Shown here: one piece after another, positions 1-8,368 of the stretch
Numbering within the stretch: the first letter of the stretch is position 1
Layout of the letters: every line of letters starts with the position of its first letter
IMG/VR virus record: IMGVR_UViG_3300025913_000021
Span: 85,261-149,260 of that record
Length of the DNA: 64,000 nt
Source of the DNA: a virus
Direction: 5' to 3' (one strand)
Program-made: the position numbers and the translations under genes
Notes under the pieces: model-generated
What the model was told of the DNA's origin: nothing
Seen by the model: the letters and a program-made list of their open reading frames with translations, nothing else
Databases searched by the model: none

Positions 1-147
1 GGTGGTGGCTTCACTGAGGCCGAGTACGCCCGCATGCAGGCACTGTTCGACGACCCGGAAATGGCCCGGCGCACGACCGAGTACATGGAAGCTGACCCCG
101 AGACCCGACAGCGGATGCGCGACGAAATGGATGGGCGGCTGAACTGA
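1..147 (+). CDS. 3' end of a hypothetical protein (truncated by window edge)
   Basis: Frame 1 is open from base 1 to TGA at 145-147; the next ATG follows at 148. Confidence 0.6.
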   Translation, partial: GGGFTEAEYARMQALFDDPEMARRTTEYMEADPETRQRMRDEMDGRLN

Positions 148-342
148 ATGTTCTACTGCAAGGACTGCGCCGACATCACCGGCTGGCCCGAGCTCGGCTT
201 CTCGGTCGGCCGGTGCGAAATGTGCGAGCGGGGCAGCATGCTGTGCTCCGACGTGCCGAGCAAGTACCTCTCCATCCCGACCCAGGAAATGCACACGCGC
301 ATCCAAGGTCTCAACCCACATCGGATCCAGGAGGAGCCGTGA
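148..342 (+). CDS. small Cys-rich (CxxC...CxxC) hypothetical protein
   Basis: CKDC and CEMC motifs; GTGA overlap with the next gene. Confidence 0.6.
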   Translation: MFYCKDCADITGWPELGFSVGRCEMCERGSMLCSDVPSKYLSIPTQEMHTRIQGLNPHRIQEEP

Positions 343-671
343 CCGACGAACTGCTGCCAGTCAGGTCGAGAGGTAGCTATCCGAGCCACAACGGTCACGT
401 CATGGGCAGCACCCGGCACAACGCGATCTTCTGCATCACGTGCATGAACGACCTCGGTCTGGAGCAAGGCCCCGCCGAGATCCTGGACCGATGGATTCAC
501 CTGGAGATCGAGGAGGACGAGGTTCCTCGCGCTGACGTGGAGTACGTCGTCTATCGCGCGCGGGACTTCATCGAGCGAGGTCAGGAAATGGACGCGTGGC
601 GATTGCTGGATGAAATGACCCGCCGCATCGGTCGCAGCAAGGCCGGTCCCAACATGAAGCCGGGCGAGTAG
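339..671 (+). CDS. hypothetical protein
   Basis: GTG at 339 overlaps the upstream TGA and is preceded by GAGGAG; in frame with track ORF 213..671. Confidence 0.65.
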   Translation: MTDELLPVRSRGSYPSHNGHVMGSTRHNAIFCITCMNDLGLEQGPAEILDRWIHLEIEEDEVPRADVEYVVYRARDFIERGQEMDAWRLLDEMTRRIGRSKAGPNMKPGE

Positions 672-976
672 TGGACGCCTACGAGCGCGGCCTACGTGCG
701 GAGATCGCCAACGTCCAACTGGAGCGCGAGCGCGACGAGGCCCTGGCCGAGAACGAGTACATGCTGCGCATGCTGTGCGAGGCACTGGGTGAGCAGTACG
801 AGTTCCCGTCGGACAACCCGAGTGAGCCGCCCTACCGGATGGACTGGCCTCGGATTCTCGGTACGGTGCGTGGTCGAACACGGGTCTGGTCGGACCTGAT
901 GAAGCGAGCAGAGGAGGTGGATGCAGAGTGGCTACGCGAGTACCGGGGCCGGTCCTCACGGACCCGACGGGACTGA
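671..976 (+). CDS. hypothetical protein
   Basis: Coupled to the upstream stop (TAGTG); GC3-rich codons. Confidence 0.6.
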   Translation: MDAYERGLRAEIANVQLERERDEALAENEYMLRMLCEALGEQYEFPSDNPSEPPYRMDWPRILGTVRGRTRVWSDLMKRAEEVDAEWLREYRGRSSRTRRD

Positions 977-1731
977 TCATCGCTGGGGATATTCACTCCG
1001 ACCCACGGCACCTGGCGTACCTGTACGAGGTCGCCGTGCAGACGCGCTGCGAGGCGATCGTGGTGGTCGGGGACTTCGGTTACGTCGAGCACTACGACCA
1101 AGGCGCTTTCCTGGCAGTCGCCGAGGAAGGATTCCGACTGACCACGGAGCACGGGTGGCCGGTCGAATTGCTGTGGCTGGACGGGAACCACGAGAACCAT
1201 CCGCTGCTGCACGAGAAGTACGGCCCCAACTCACCCATCCACGAAGCCAGCGAAGAAGGCTTCTGGAAGATGCGAGAAGGCGTTCACTACATCCCACGGG
1301 CCACCCGCTGGAATTGGGCGGGCATCAGTTTCCTCGCCCTCGGTGGGGCGTACTCGATCGACAAGATGCACCTGTTGAAGTTGCAGCGTCAGGACGGTGG
1401 TGAACGGTGGTGGCCCACCGAGGAGATCACCGACGATGACGTGGCGAAGTGCCTGTCGGATCGGTCCCCCGTGGACGTGATGCTCACGCACGATAAACCA
1501 CGCGACGTACAAGTACCGTGGTCCCGCCGCGACATTCCGTTAGCACTGCCCAACCAGGACAAGATCCAACGGGTGGTGAATGCTCTGCACCCGAAGTTGC
1601 TGGTGCACGGGCACCTGCACATCCGCTACCAAAGCAAGGTAGACCGCACCATCGTGGAGGGATTGGGATGCAACCCGCACAAGGACTCCGACGACCCGGC
1701 GGATTCCTGGATAAGGCTGTCGCTCGTCTGA
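928..1731 (+). CDS. calcineurin-like metallophosphoesterase
   Basis: GDIH, GDFG, GNHE, THD and HGHLH motifs; start uncertain. Confidence 0.9.
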   Translation: MATRVPGPVLTDPTGLIIAGDIHSDPRHLAYLYEVAVQTRCEAIVVVGDFGYVEHYDQGAFLAVAEEGFRLTTEHGWPVELLWLDGNHENHPLLHEKYGPNSPIHEASEEGFWKMREGVHYIPRATRWNWAGISFLALGGAYSIDKMHLLKLQRQDGGERWWPTEEITDDDVAKCLSDRSPVDVMLTHDKPRDVQVPWSRRDIPLALPNQDKIQRVVNALHPKLLVHGHLHIRYQSKVDRTIVEGLGCNPHKDSDDPADSWIRLSLV

Positions 1732-1834
1732 CCCGCTGCCAGTGCGGCTGCGAGAAGGCCGAGCACGAGAACCGAGGCTCGTGCGCCACGTGCGGCCCGA
1801 AGCGCTGCCCTGAGTTCCGAGGAAGGTGGTTGCC

Positions 1835-2215
1835 ATGACACTGCCTGACAAGCTGCTCGGCCCCGAGGGCTACGACCCGATGTGGGACGACGTGCGCAAG
1901 GTCGGCGACACCGCGCTGTACTTCGACCGCCAGGGCCAGCCGATGACCCTGCGCCAGTGGGTGACCGGCATCGAAACGGACGAGTATCGCTTTCTCAAGC
2001 GCACCCGCGTGGGCGAGAGCATGATCGTCACCGCCTGGAACGGCGTCAACGACGGCTGGCCCGACCCCGAGGCGCAGATCTTCGGCACGATCGAAATCCG
2101 TGGCCAGGGCGAGAACGTGACCTATCACGACGAGGAGACCGACAGCACCGAGGCTGCGGCCCTCGCCACCCATGATCGCCGGGTGGAGGAACTGAGGAAG
2201 GAACTGAACCCGTGA
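1835..2215 (+). CDS. hypothetical protein
   Basis: ATG at 1835 after GAGGAAGG; coupled to the next gene. Confidence 0.65.
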   Translation: MTLPDKLLGPEGYDPMWDDVRKVGDTALYFDRQGQPMTLRQWVTGIETDEYRFLKRTRVGESMIVTAWNGVNDGWPDPEAQIFGTIEIRGQGENVTYHDEETDSTEAAALATHDRRVEELRKELNP

Positions 2216-2535
2216 ACGACGCGACCGAACATCCGAACTGGACCCCGCAGGACGACACCACCGCCTGCCCGTACTGCGGCAAGCCCAACAACGCCTGGTC
2301 GTCCACCGACGGCGCGGCCGTGGAGCGTCCGCAGGCTGGTTCGCTGAGCCTGTGCTTCATGTGCGGCGGGCTGTGCGTCTACGAGGAGACCGACGGCAAG
2401 CTCTCGCTGCGCAAGACCACCGCCGAGGAGGCGAAGGCATGGGAGAGCGACCCGTTGGTCGTGCGCACCCGCAAGATCATCAGCTACACGGAGAGCCCGA
2501 ACCTGGCTAGCAGCTTCCTGCTGATGGACCAGTGA
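2212..2535 (+). CDS. zinc-ribbon hypothetical protein
   Basis: CPYC...CFMC motifs; GTGA coupling. Confidence 0.65.
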   Translation: MNDATEHPNWTPQDDTTACPYCGKPNNAWSSTDGAAVERPQAGSLSLCFMCGGLCVYEETDGKLSLRKTTAEEAKAWESDPLVVRTRKIISYTESPNLASSFLLMDQ

Positions 2536-2810
2536 TCGACCCGAACATCACGACGGCCGACGGCAAGCCGGTCGCCTTCCACGACTTCAAGCCCGAGCAG
2601 TTCCCGTTCCGCGTCCAGTTCATCGACAACGACACCGAGGAACTGCTGCACGAGGTCATCGTGCGCGGGATCAGCCACATGGAGGTCCCCGGCTTCGCAC
2701 CGCGTCGGGTGCGGGTCGAGATCACCTACCCGAACGGGTTGCAGTACGTCGAGGGACCACCAGGATCGGGACTGAGCGAAATGCGCCAGGTCCCACCGCC
2801 GCGCCTGTGA
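2532..2810 (+). CDS. hypothetical protein
   Basis: GTGA coupling at both ends. Confidence 0.6.
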   Translation: MIDPNITTADGKPVAFHDFKPEQFPFRVQFIDNDTEELLHEVIVRGISHMEVPGFAPRRVRVEITYPNGLQYVEGPPGSGLSEMRQVPPPRL

Positions 2811-3034
2811 GCTATCGCGACACCGAGTGCGATGCGTGCGGCAAGCCGTGGGACATCCACCTGATCATGGGCTGTGTGCACGAGCACTCCGGTCACGTGC
2901 GGTTCTGTCGAGAGCACCGCTCTCGGTTGGTCGCCACTGCCGATCAGTACCTGTGCTGCACCCCCTGCATCAACGATCACCCGTGCCGCACGCACGTCGT
3001 GCGCGTCATTGAAGATCGGTCCCAGGCCGCGTGA
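2807..3034 (+). CDS. Cys/His-rich hypothetical protein
   Basis: CDAC, CxHxH, CxxH and CxxC motifs; coupled. Confidence 0.55.
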   Translation: MSYRDTECDACGKPWDIHLIMGCVHEHSGHVRFCREHRSRLVATADQYLCCTPCINDHPCRTHVVRVIEDRSQAA

Positions 3035-3072
3035 CCCTTGCGCTGTTCGGCTGCGCGTCTATATTCCGTGTT

Positions 3073-3852
3073 ATGGCGGTGGGAAAGCATCAGCTAACGG
3101 ACGGTGAACTCGACGAGCAGTGGGCCCTCCTCAAGGCCGGAGGACCACGCGCTTCGACCGCCAGGGACCGTCTCGTGCTGCACTGGCGTCCGTTCGTCTG
3201 CTCGATCGCCAACCACATCGGCACCCGACTCCCGGCCCACGTGGACAACGAGGACCTGATCAGCTACGGGATGATCGGGCTCCTGGACGCCATCGAGAAG
3301 TTCGACCCCGGCCGTGGCCTCCGCTTCAAGACCTACGCCGGGAAACGGATCAGCGGCCAAATCTACGACGAGCTGCGCAAGCTCGACTGGGTTCCGCGCT
3401 CGGTGCACAGCCAGGTCAAGGAGGTCACCGAGACGGTGATCGACCTGGAGCGCAGGCTCCAGCGTCCCGTCTCCGATGCCGAGGTGGCCAAGGCTGCCGG
3501 ACTGAGCCGCGAACAGGTCGCTGACGCCCGCAGCGAGCAGTCCTACATCAGCGTCATGGCGCTGGACGCCCTGCTGGACAACAACGTCGGGGACGAGACC
3601 CTCTCGCTGGCCAGCCAGCTCTACGACCGCACGCAGTCACCCGACCAGGACTTCGAGGTCGAGGGCATCAAGGCTCTGATCGCCGGGGCTATGGCCAACC
3701 TGGGTGAGCGCGAGGCGCTGGTGCTGGCGCTGTACTACATCGAGGGGCTGACGCTCTCCGACATCGGTGGGCTGCTCGGCGTCACTGAGTCTCGCGTGTG
3801 CCAGATGCATACCCGCGCGATGGTCGCAGTCCGCGAACGTCTCGCCGCCTGA
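3073..3852 (+). CDS. whiG: RNA polymerase sigma factor, FliA/WhiG (sigma-28) family
   Basis: Region 2 GLLDAIEKFDP..FKTYA..RI.G...DELRKLDWVPRS; region 4 LYYIEGLTLSDIGGLLGVTESRVCQMH. Both closely resemble Streptomyces WhiG. Alternative start at 3031. Confidence 0.93.
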   Translation: MAVGKHQLTDGELDEQWALLKAGGPRASTARDRLVLHWRPFVCSIANHIGTRLPAHVDNEDLISYGMIGLLDAIEKFDPGRGLRFKTYAGKRISGQIYDELRKLDWVPRSVHSQVKEVTETVIDLERRLQRPVSDAEVAKAAGLSREQVADARSEQSYISVMALDALLDNNVGDETLSLASQLYDRTQSPDQDFEVEGIKALIAGAMANLGEREALVLALYYIEGLTLSDIGGLLGVTESRVCQMHTRAMVAVRERLAA

Positions 3853-3976
3853 ACCGGATTTGGCTGCTCGTCCGTCCGCACTTCACGCACGCGGGCGGCA
3901 TCGCGTGGTAGGCGTCCCAGGCGTGATCGCAAGGCACGACGGTCTGCCAGAGCCGTCGCAGGGCGTGCTTGATCAC
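3782..3976 (-). CDS. small CxH...CxxC protein overlapping the 3' end of the sigma gene in antisense
   Basis: GTGA coupling with 3973..4398; CDH and CVKC motifs; 71-nt convergent overlap. Confidence 0.45.
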   Translation of the reverse strand: MIKHALRRLWQTVVPCDHAWDAYHAMPPACVKCGRTSSQIRFRRRDVRGLRPSRGYASGTRETQ

Positions 3977-4398
3977 TTCGCTTCGGGGCTGAGGTACTTC
4001 GCCAGGCGCGGATCCGGTGGCGGTAGCAGGCCGTGCTTCTTCTCGCAGTCGTAGGCGAAGTAGGAGTTGCGGAAATCGGCGATCAGATGCAAACCGACGG
4101 CCGTCGTATTCGGCGCGAGCGGGATCGTCCCCACGTCGTGATAGAGGTTGCAGTTCGCCTGGTCCCCGTGCTGCACGGTGCTCTTGACCCGGGAAGCCTC
4201 GGTGGCGTTGCGGAACACGAGGATCGCCACGATCACCACCAGCACGAGGATCGCCCCGTCGCGGACCTGGCTGCGGATGCGCTCGCGGCGCACCCTGATC
4301 TGAGCCTCCTCGCGGGCCACCTTCGAGGAGACCAGCGCGGTCGCCTCCAGGCGTGCCTTCTCGGTGACCTGGGGCACTCCGATGTCGTCCGGGCTCAT
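3973..4398 (-). CDS. bitopic membrane protein
   Basis: GAGGAGG SD before ATG at 4398; TM segment AILVLVVIVAILVF; two Cys in the C-terminal domain. Confidence 0.75.
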   Translation of the reverse strand: MSPDDIGVPQVTEKARLEATALVSSKVAREEAQIRVRRERIRSQVRDGAILVLVVIVAILVFRNATEASRVKSTVQHGDQANCNLYHDVGTIPLAPNTTAVGLHLIADFRNSYFAYDCEKKHGLLPPPDPRLAKYLSPEAK

Positions 4399-4418
4399 GG
4401 CGACCTCCTCTGGTAGTC

Positions 4419-4447
4419 CCATCGGCCGTTGCCCCTTCGCGTCTGAC
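4419..4447 (-). promoter_or_regulatory. sigma-28-type promoter
   Basis: GTCAGA-N15-GCCGATGG upstream of gene 4398. Confidence 0.65.
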
Positions 4448-4671
4448 GAGCTAATGTTCGGCTTGTGATAAGTCGCTAACCTGAACCCCAGGTGGTGCCG
4501 CGCTGAATGCCGCCGCACCCACACGCATCAGTACCCGCAGGATCGCAACCGTATCGGTGAGCGCGCCTGGTGCTACGTGATCAGCGAGGAACCCGAGACC
4601 CCCGATGAGTGGTCGGCGTTCCGAGATCAGGTCTACCGAGTCGGCTGTCGAGGCCCGCGCGAGCGTGCAGC

Positions 4672-4971
4672 ATGAGCGAGCCGACCGAGGTCGAGAAGCT
4701 CCAGCGCGAGATCGACTCACTGCGCGACCAGCTCGCCGACGCCAACGCCAGAGTGCAAACGCTGAGGTGGCAGAACCAAGCACTGGAATCGGTTCACCTC
4801 TCGCCCGAGCAGAAGGCACGCTCGCACCAGAACGCCGAGGTCTACTACTGGATCGCCAAGTGCCAGCGGCAGCGACGGGCGATCAACCACATCCAGCGCA
4901 AGGGTTGGTACCCACCGGAGTACGTGATCCGCGAGGAGGAGACTCCGTGGGAGCTGGATCAGACCGCGTAG
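4672..4971 (+). CDS. coiled-coil hypothetical protein
   Basis: MSEPTEVEKLQREIDSLRDQL heptads. Confidence 0.65.
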   Translation: MSEPTEVEKLQREIDSLRDQLADANARVQTLRWQNQALESVHLSPEQKARSHQNAEVYYWIAKCQRQRRAINHIQRKGWYPPEYVIREEETPWELDQTA

Positions 4972-5045
4972 ATCGCCACGACCAGCAGGGACATGCCGAG
5001 CACGACTAGGACGACCCCGAGCTTCTGATCATGTCCGAGCGCCAT
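4959..5045 (-). CDS. 28-aa single-TM microprotein (not in ORF track)
   Basis: MALGHDQKLGVVLVVLGMSLLVVAIYAV*, translated by hand. Confidence 0.4.
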   Translation of the reverse strand: MALGHDQKLGVVLVVLGMSLLVVAIYAV

Positions 5046-5127
5046 CGGGCGAGCCGATCACGGATTCGGCCGCTCGTCCAATCGGAACGTCTTTCGGCTC
5101 AGCTCAAGGTCGCCTAGGTTGTTCGGC

Positions 5128-5514
5128 ATGCCCGCGCCCGAGGAGCCCGATCCGCTCGACGACATCAGCACTGCTGCGCTCAGGGCGGCGCTGGAGCGTC
5201 GGGGGTATGTCACCCTCACGGCGAAGTCCTACAAGGCCGCACAGCGCCGCCAGGGGATCGCGCAGAGCCGCATGGCGTGGGCCGAACGAGAGGCCGAGAG
5301 CGCTCGGAGCTGGGCCTACGACTGCCTGGCCGAGGAGCGTCGTCTGCACGCCCGACTGAACGAGATCATCGCCCTGGCGACGCAGCACGGGATGACCACG
5401 GAGGATCTCGTCCGCTTCAACGAGCAGCTCGGACTTCGGGGCGCTCTGCCACCGACCACCGTCGTGCCCGAACTCCCAGGGGCCGTCACTCATCGCATCC
5501 CGGAGCAGCCGTGA
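5128..5514 (+). CDS. hypothetical protein
   Basis: Open frame; GTGA coupling with the next gene. Confidence 0.6.
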   Translation: MPAPEEPDPLDDISTAALRAALERRGYVTLTAKSYKAAQRRQGIAQSRMAWAEREAESARSWAYDCLAEERRLHARLNEIIALATQHGMTTEDLVRFNEQLGLRGALPPTTVVPELPGAVTHRIPEQP

Positions 5515-5768
5515 CCCTGCCACAGGACGACGCCGACCTGTCCCCGCAAGTGCTGCGGGAGTACGCGATCCAATGCCTGCGCCAGGCTGGGACCTTCTCG
5601 TACCTGCCGTACACCCCCGCAGCGCCGGTCGCGCAGCCGGGCTTCACTGCACCGCAGCCGCTCCCGACACCGGATGCGCGCCCGAGCGGCATCCTGTACG
5701 CGCTCCAGGGCCTGCTGGCCATGCAGATCGCGAACTCGATCACGCACGTCATCGAGGAGCACCCATAG
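5511..5768 (+). CDS. hypothetical protein
   Basis: GTG at 5511 after GGAG; ends just before the terminator. Confidence 0.55.
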   Translation: MTLPQDDADLSPQVLREYAIQCLRQAGTFSYLPYTPAAPVAQPGFTAPQPLPTPDARPSGILYALQGLLAMQIANSITHVIEEHP

Positions 5769-5770
5769 AT

Positions 5771-5803
5771 GAGCCCCTCCGCACGGGGGAAACGGAGGGG
5801 CTC
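5771..5803. terminator. hairpin between convergent genome arms
   Basis: Perfect 11-bp inverted repeat GAGCCCCTCCG/CGGAGGGGCTC at the strand switch. Confidence 0.7.
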
Positions 5804-5849
5804 AACGATCAGTCTGCGCCCACCGAGAAACGGACGCAAGTCCGAATAT

Positions 5850-5959
5850 TGGGGCGACAGGTGCCGGTGTAACGAGCATGTGCTAGCAAGCTCGGCCTCC
5901 ATGACTCGGCCAGGAGGAGTGCTTCCGGTTTAGAGCCGACGTTTCACCTGTCGCCGCCC
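5850..5959 (-). ncRNA. candidate structured ncRNA downstream of the tRNAs
   Basis: 11-bp closing stem GGCGACAGGTG/CACCTGTCGCC followed by CCA; three internal hairpins; TATGCT just upstream. Strand is inferred. Confidence 0.45.
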
Positions 5960-5978
5960 GAGAGCATACCGAACATCG

Positions 5979-6051
5979 TCCGGGTGGAGGGACTCGAACC
6001 CCCGATCCCTTGGTCCCAAACCAAGTGGCCTAGCCGCTGGCCTACACCCGG
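5979..6051 (-). tRNA. trnP: tRNA-Pro(TGG)
   Basis: Cloverleaf: CCGGGTG/CACCCGG acceptor stem, CTTGG-TTTGGGA-CCAAG anticodon arm, TTCGAGT T-loop, A73; CCA not encoded. Confidence 0.93.
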
Positions 6052-6067
6052 GTGCGGGTTGCGATTG

Positions 6068-6140
6068 CAGGGGCGGTAGGACTCGAACCTACGGATGCCG
6101 GGTTTGGAAGCCGGTGCTCTTGCCGCTGAGCTACACCCCC
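6068..6140 (-). tRNA. trnW: tRNA-Trp(CCA)
   Basis: GCTC/GAGC D-arm, TTCCAAA anticodon loop, GTAGG-TTCGAGT-CCTAC T-arm, G73; C31.C39 mismatch; CCA not encoded. Confidence 0.88.
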
Positions 6141-6204
6141 TTGGGAGCGCAGCCTCGCAGCGACTGCGCTCAGTAGAGCGGTCGCGGTCGCCAGCAGCGG
6201 AAGG

Positions 6205-6681
6205 TCATGACGGAGAGGCTAGCTGGTCGTCATCGAGGACATCAAGCGATTTCCGAACACCGCACTCGCATCCTGGAGCGAGGCACTGGCCTCGGTGATG
6301 GCGGGCCCGAGCATGTGGGCAGCCGCAGGGTTCCGGCATGGAAAGCAACGTCCGTCCGATTCCCTGCATCGGCTCGGCCTCGACGTGCCCATGTCGCTCG
6401 ATGGCCAGGCCGGTGGTGCCTGCACCCTCTGGACTCAGCAGGAAGTAGAGGATCTCCTGGGCGCGCTGCTTCGGAATCTGGTAGCTGTCGTGCACGTAGT
6501 CGTGATGCCGACGGCACAGCGTGATCAGGTTCTCGGGCACGTCGTGCGCATAGCCGCGCCGGTAGGTGATGTGGTGCACGTCGTAGGGCGGCTGGTTGGT
6601 CGCCCCGCACCACCGGCAGCGGTAGTTGTCCCGCTCGAAGATCGCGAGCTTGAGCTTCTTCGGCAGGCCCGTGTAGGTCAC
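6205..6681 (-). CDS. HNH endonuclease
   Basis: RDNYRCRWCG...VHHI...NLITLCRRHH; extra Cys/His-rich C-terminus; GTG at 6681 is coupled. Confidence 0.88.
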   Translation of the reverse strand: MTYTGLPKKLKLAIFERDNYRCRWCGATNQPPYDVHHITYRRGYAHDVPENLITLCRRHHDYVHDSYQIPKQRAQEILYFLLSPEGAGTTGLAIERHGHVEAEPMQGIGRTLLSMPEPCGCPHARARHHRGQCLAPGCECGVRKSLDVLDDDQLASPS

Positions 6682-6908
6682 GCCTCGGCCGCGTCCTCGT
6701 TCTCGTCCTCGACCTCGTGCTGCCCGACGAGCCACTTCTTGTTCGTGGCCAGGTGCAGCGAGATCGTGTGCTCGCCGGGCTGCTGAGCCGCACGGAAGAA
6801 CTCGATCAACATGTCCTTGTTGACCTCGGCCCAGAACACCTCCTCGCCCTTCTCGTCGAACACGCGCAACGTCGGTAGGTCACCACTGCCTCGCGGGGTG
6901 TCACTCAT
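6678..6908 (-). CDS. hypothetical protein
   Basis: ATG at 6908 after GGAGAAG; coupled. Confidence 0.6.
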   Translation of the reverse strand: MSDTPRGSGDLPTLRVFDEKGEEVFWAEVNKDMLIEFFRAAQQPGEHTISLHLATNKKWLVGQHEVEDENEDAAEA

Positions 6909-7305
6909 GCTTCTCCGACCAATCCGGTGCATCGACGCCACCATGCCGAGGCACGCCGAGTGGGTTGCGCGAGTTCGGCTCCTCGGCCGTATTCGGGATG
7001 CTGTTGGCATAGCTCATCGGCTGGATCTGGAAGTCGATGGGCTTGCTCAGTCCGCTCGACTGCTGGATCTGCAATGAGAGAGCAGTGTTCACAAGACGCA
7101 GCCGACGCATGTCGTCGCCACGACCGCCGAACATCTTCATGAAGTCGTCGTCGTCCAGGATCAGACGCACGTCGATATCCCGGTAGTCGCTCGTCCTCAG
7201 CGCCGACCCGACGAGGTACGGCGTCGAGCCGAACGCCTCGCGGATCGGCTGGCAGGCCCAGTTCAGCCGCATCAGGTCCGACGGGCTCAGGCCACTGCCT
7301 CTCAT
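6901..7305 (-). CDS. minimal nucleotidyltransferase (Pol-beta superfamily)
   Basis: YLVGS...DYRDIDV (GS + DxD) and a downstream IDFQ acidic strand. Confidence 0.75.
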   Translation of the reverse strand: MRGSGLSPSDLMRLNWACQPIREAFGSTPYLVGSALRTSDYRDIDVRLILDDDDFMKMFGGRGDDMRRLRLVNTALSLQIQQSSGLSKPIDFQIQPMSYANSIPNTAEEPNSRNPLGVPRHGGVDAPDWSEKHE

Positions 7306-7667
7306 GACGCGATGAAGAACGGGCGTCGGTAGAAGTGACCCGGGTAGCCGATGTTCATCGAGTTGAAGTTGATCATGTCGATGAACTCCTGCATCTGCTC
7401 GCGCGACAGGTGCTGGTAGTAGAACTTCCCCTCGTGCTGGCCGTCCGGGCTCTTGAGGTACGCCTTGTAGTTCTTGTCGGTCGGCGAGACCTCGTGTCCG
7501 TCACGCAGGCCCTGCATGAAGTCGTCCGGGTGCATCGAGCCGCAGTAGGAACAGCCGCGCGTCTGATTCACCAGGCCGCGACCCTCGCGCCAGTCGTCCG
7601 GCGTGCCCTGCTCGTCGCCGCCGTACGCGAACAGCTCATTGCGACGAGGGCATCGGAACTCACCCAA
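7302..7667 (-). CDS. hypothetical protein
   Basis: CSYCGS motif; coupled on both sides. Confidence 0.65.
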   Translation of the reverse strand: MGEFRCPRRNELFAYGGDEQGTPDDWREGRGLVNQTRGCSYCGSMHPDDFMQGLRDGHEVSPTDKNYKAYLKSPDGQHEGKFYYQHLSREQMQEFIDMINFNSMNIGYPGHFYRRPFFIAS

Positions 7668-8361
7668 TCTTGAGCACCTGCCCGGCCTCGATGTGGTTGA
7701 TGTCGTGGATGCCGTTGAGCCGCGCGATCGACTGCGCGGTGATCCACTTCTGCGGGTACTTGTGAGCGATCGTCGTGAGCGTGTCGCCCGGCCGGACCTT
7801 GTAGTGGTCCACGATCCCGTGACCGCTCGGGGCAGGCGGCTTCGGCGTGGGCGGGTGCGGCGTCGGCACGTTGGGGTTCACCTGCGCCCAGAGCGCCTTG
7901 CGGATCTGGATCGCCCGGGCATCGTTGCGCCGGTAGTTGCCCCCGGTTGGGTCGAACGAGCCCTGGACGGACTGCGCGGCGTCCCAGTTGGTCATGTGCA
8001 GCCAGTTGCGCTTGAACAGCTCGGTGAGGAACTTGCGCGTCGAGTAGCCCACGTCCATGCACTGCGAGGTCGTGCCCCAGTTGGCCGTCGAGTTGACCGC
8101 CCCGCCGACCTGCTGCTGGTACAGCCCGACGGAGCCGTGGTCCCAGCCCACCGCGTCGTGCGGCAGGCGCATGCTGAGCGGGTTGTTGCCGTTGGCGTAC
8201 ATCCGCAGGCCCGACTCGGTGAGCACGGTCCCCAGAGCAATGTCAGCGGCGCGCTGCGCCACGGCGGGCGACAGCTTCATCCCCTTGATGATGGCGATGA
8301 TCTTGTAGGCCCAGTTGAACTGCGACTTCGTGAGCCCGAGCGAGGCAGGAGTGGCGGTCAT
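7660..8361 (-). CDS. endolysin: lysozyme-like muramidase domain + Pro linker + LysM
   Basis: TESGL...DHGSVGLYQQ...WG lysozyme-fold motifs; C-terminal LysM YKVRPGDTL..IA...LNGI.DINHIEAGQVL; ATG at 8361. Confidence 0.82.
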   Translation of the reverse strand: MTATPASLGLTKSQFNWAYKIIAIIKGMKLSPAVAQRAADIALGTVLTESGLRMYANGNNPLSMRLPHDAVGWDHGSVGLYQQQVGGAVNSTANWGTTSQCMDVGYSTRKFLTELFKRNWLHMTNWDAAQSVQGSFDPTGGNYRRNDARAIQIRKALWAQVNPNVPTPHPPTPKPPAPSGHGIVDHYKVRPGDTLTTIAHKYPQKWITAQSIARLNGIHDINHIEAGQVLKIG

Positions 8362-8368
8362 ACCTCCT

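Noticed and set aside
5925-5940. Canonical suppressor or pyrrolysine tRNA
   Set aside because: The CTCTAAA hairpin lacks a properly placed D-arm and T-arm; kept only as part of the candidate ncRNA.
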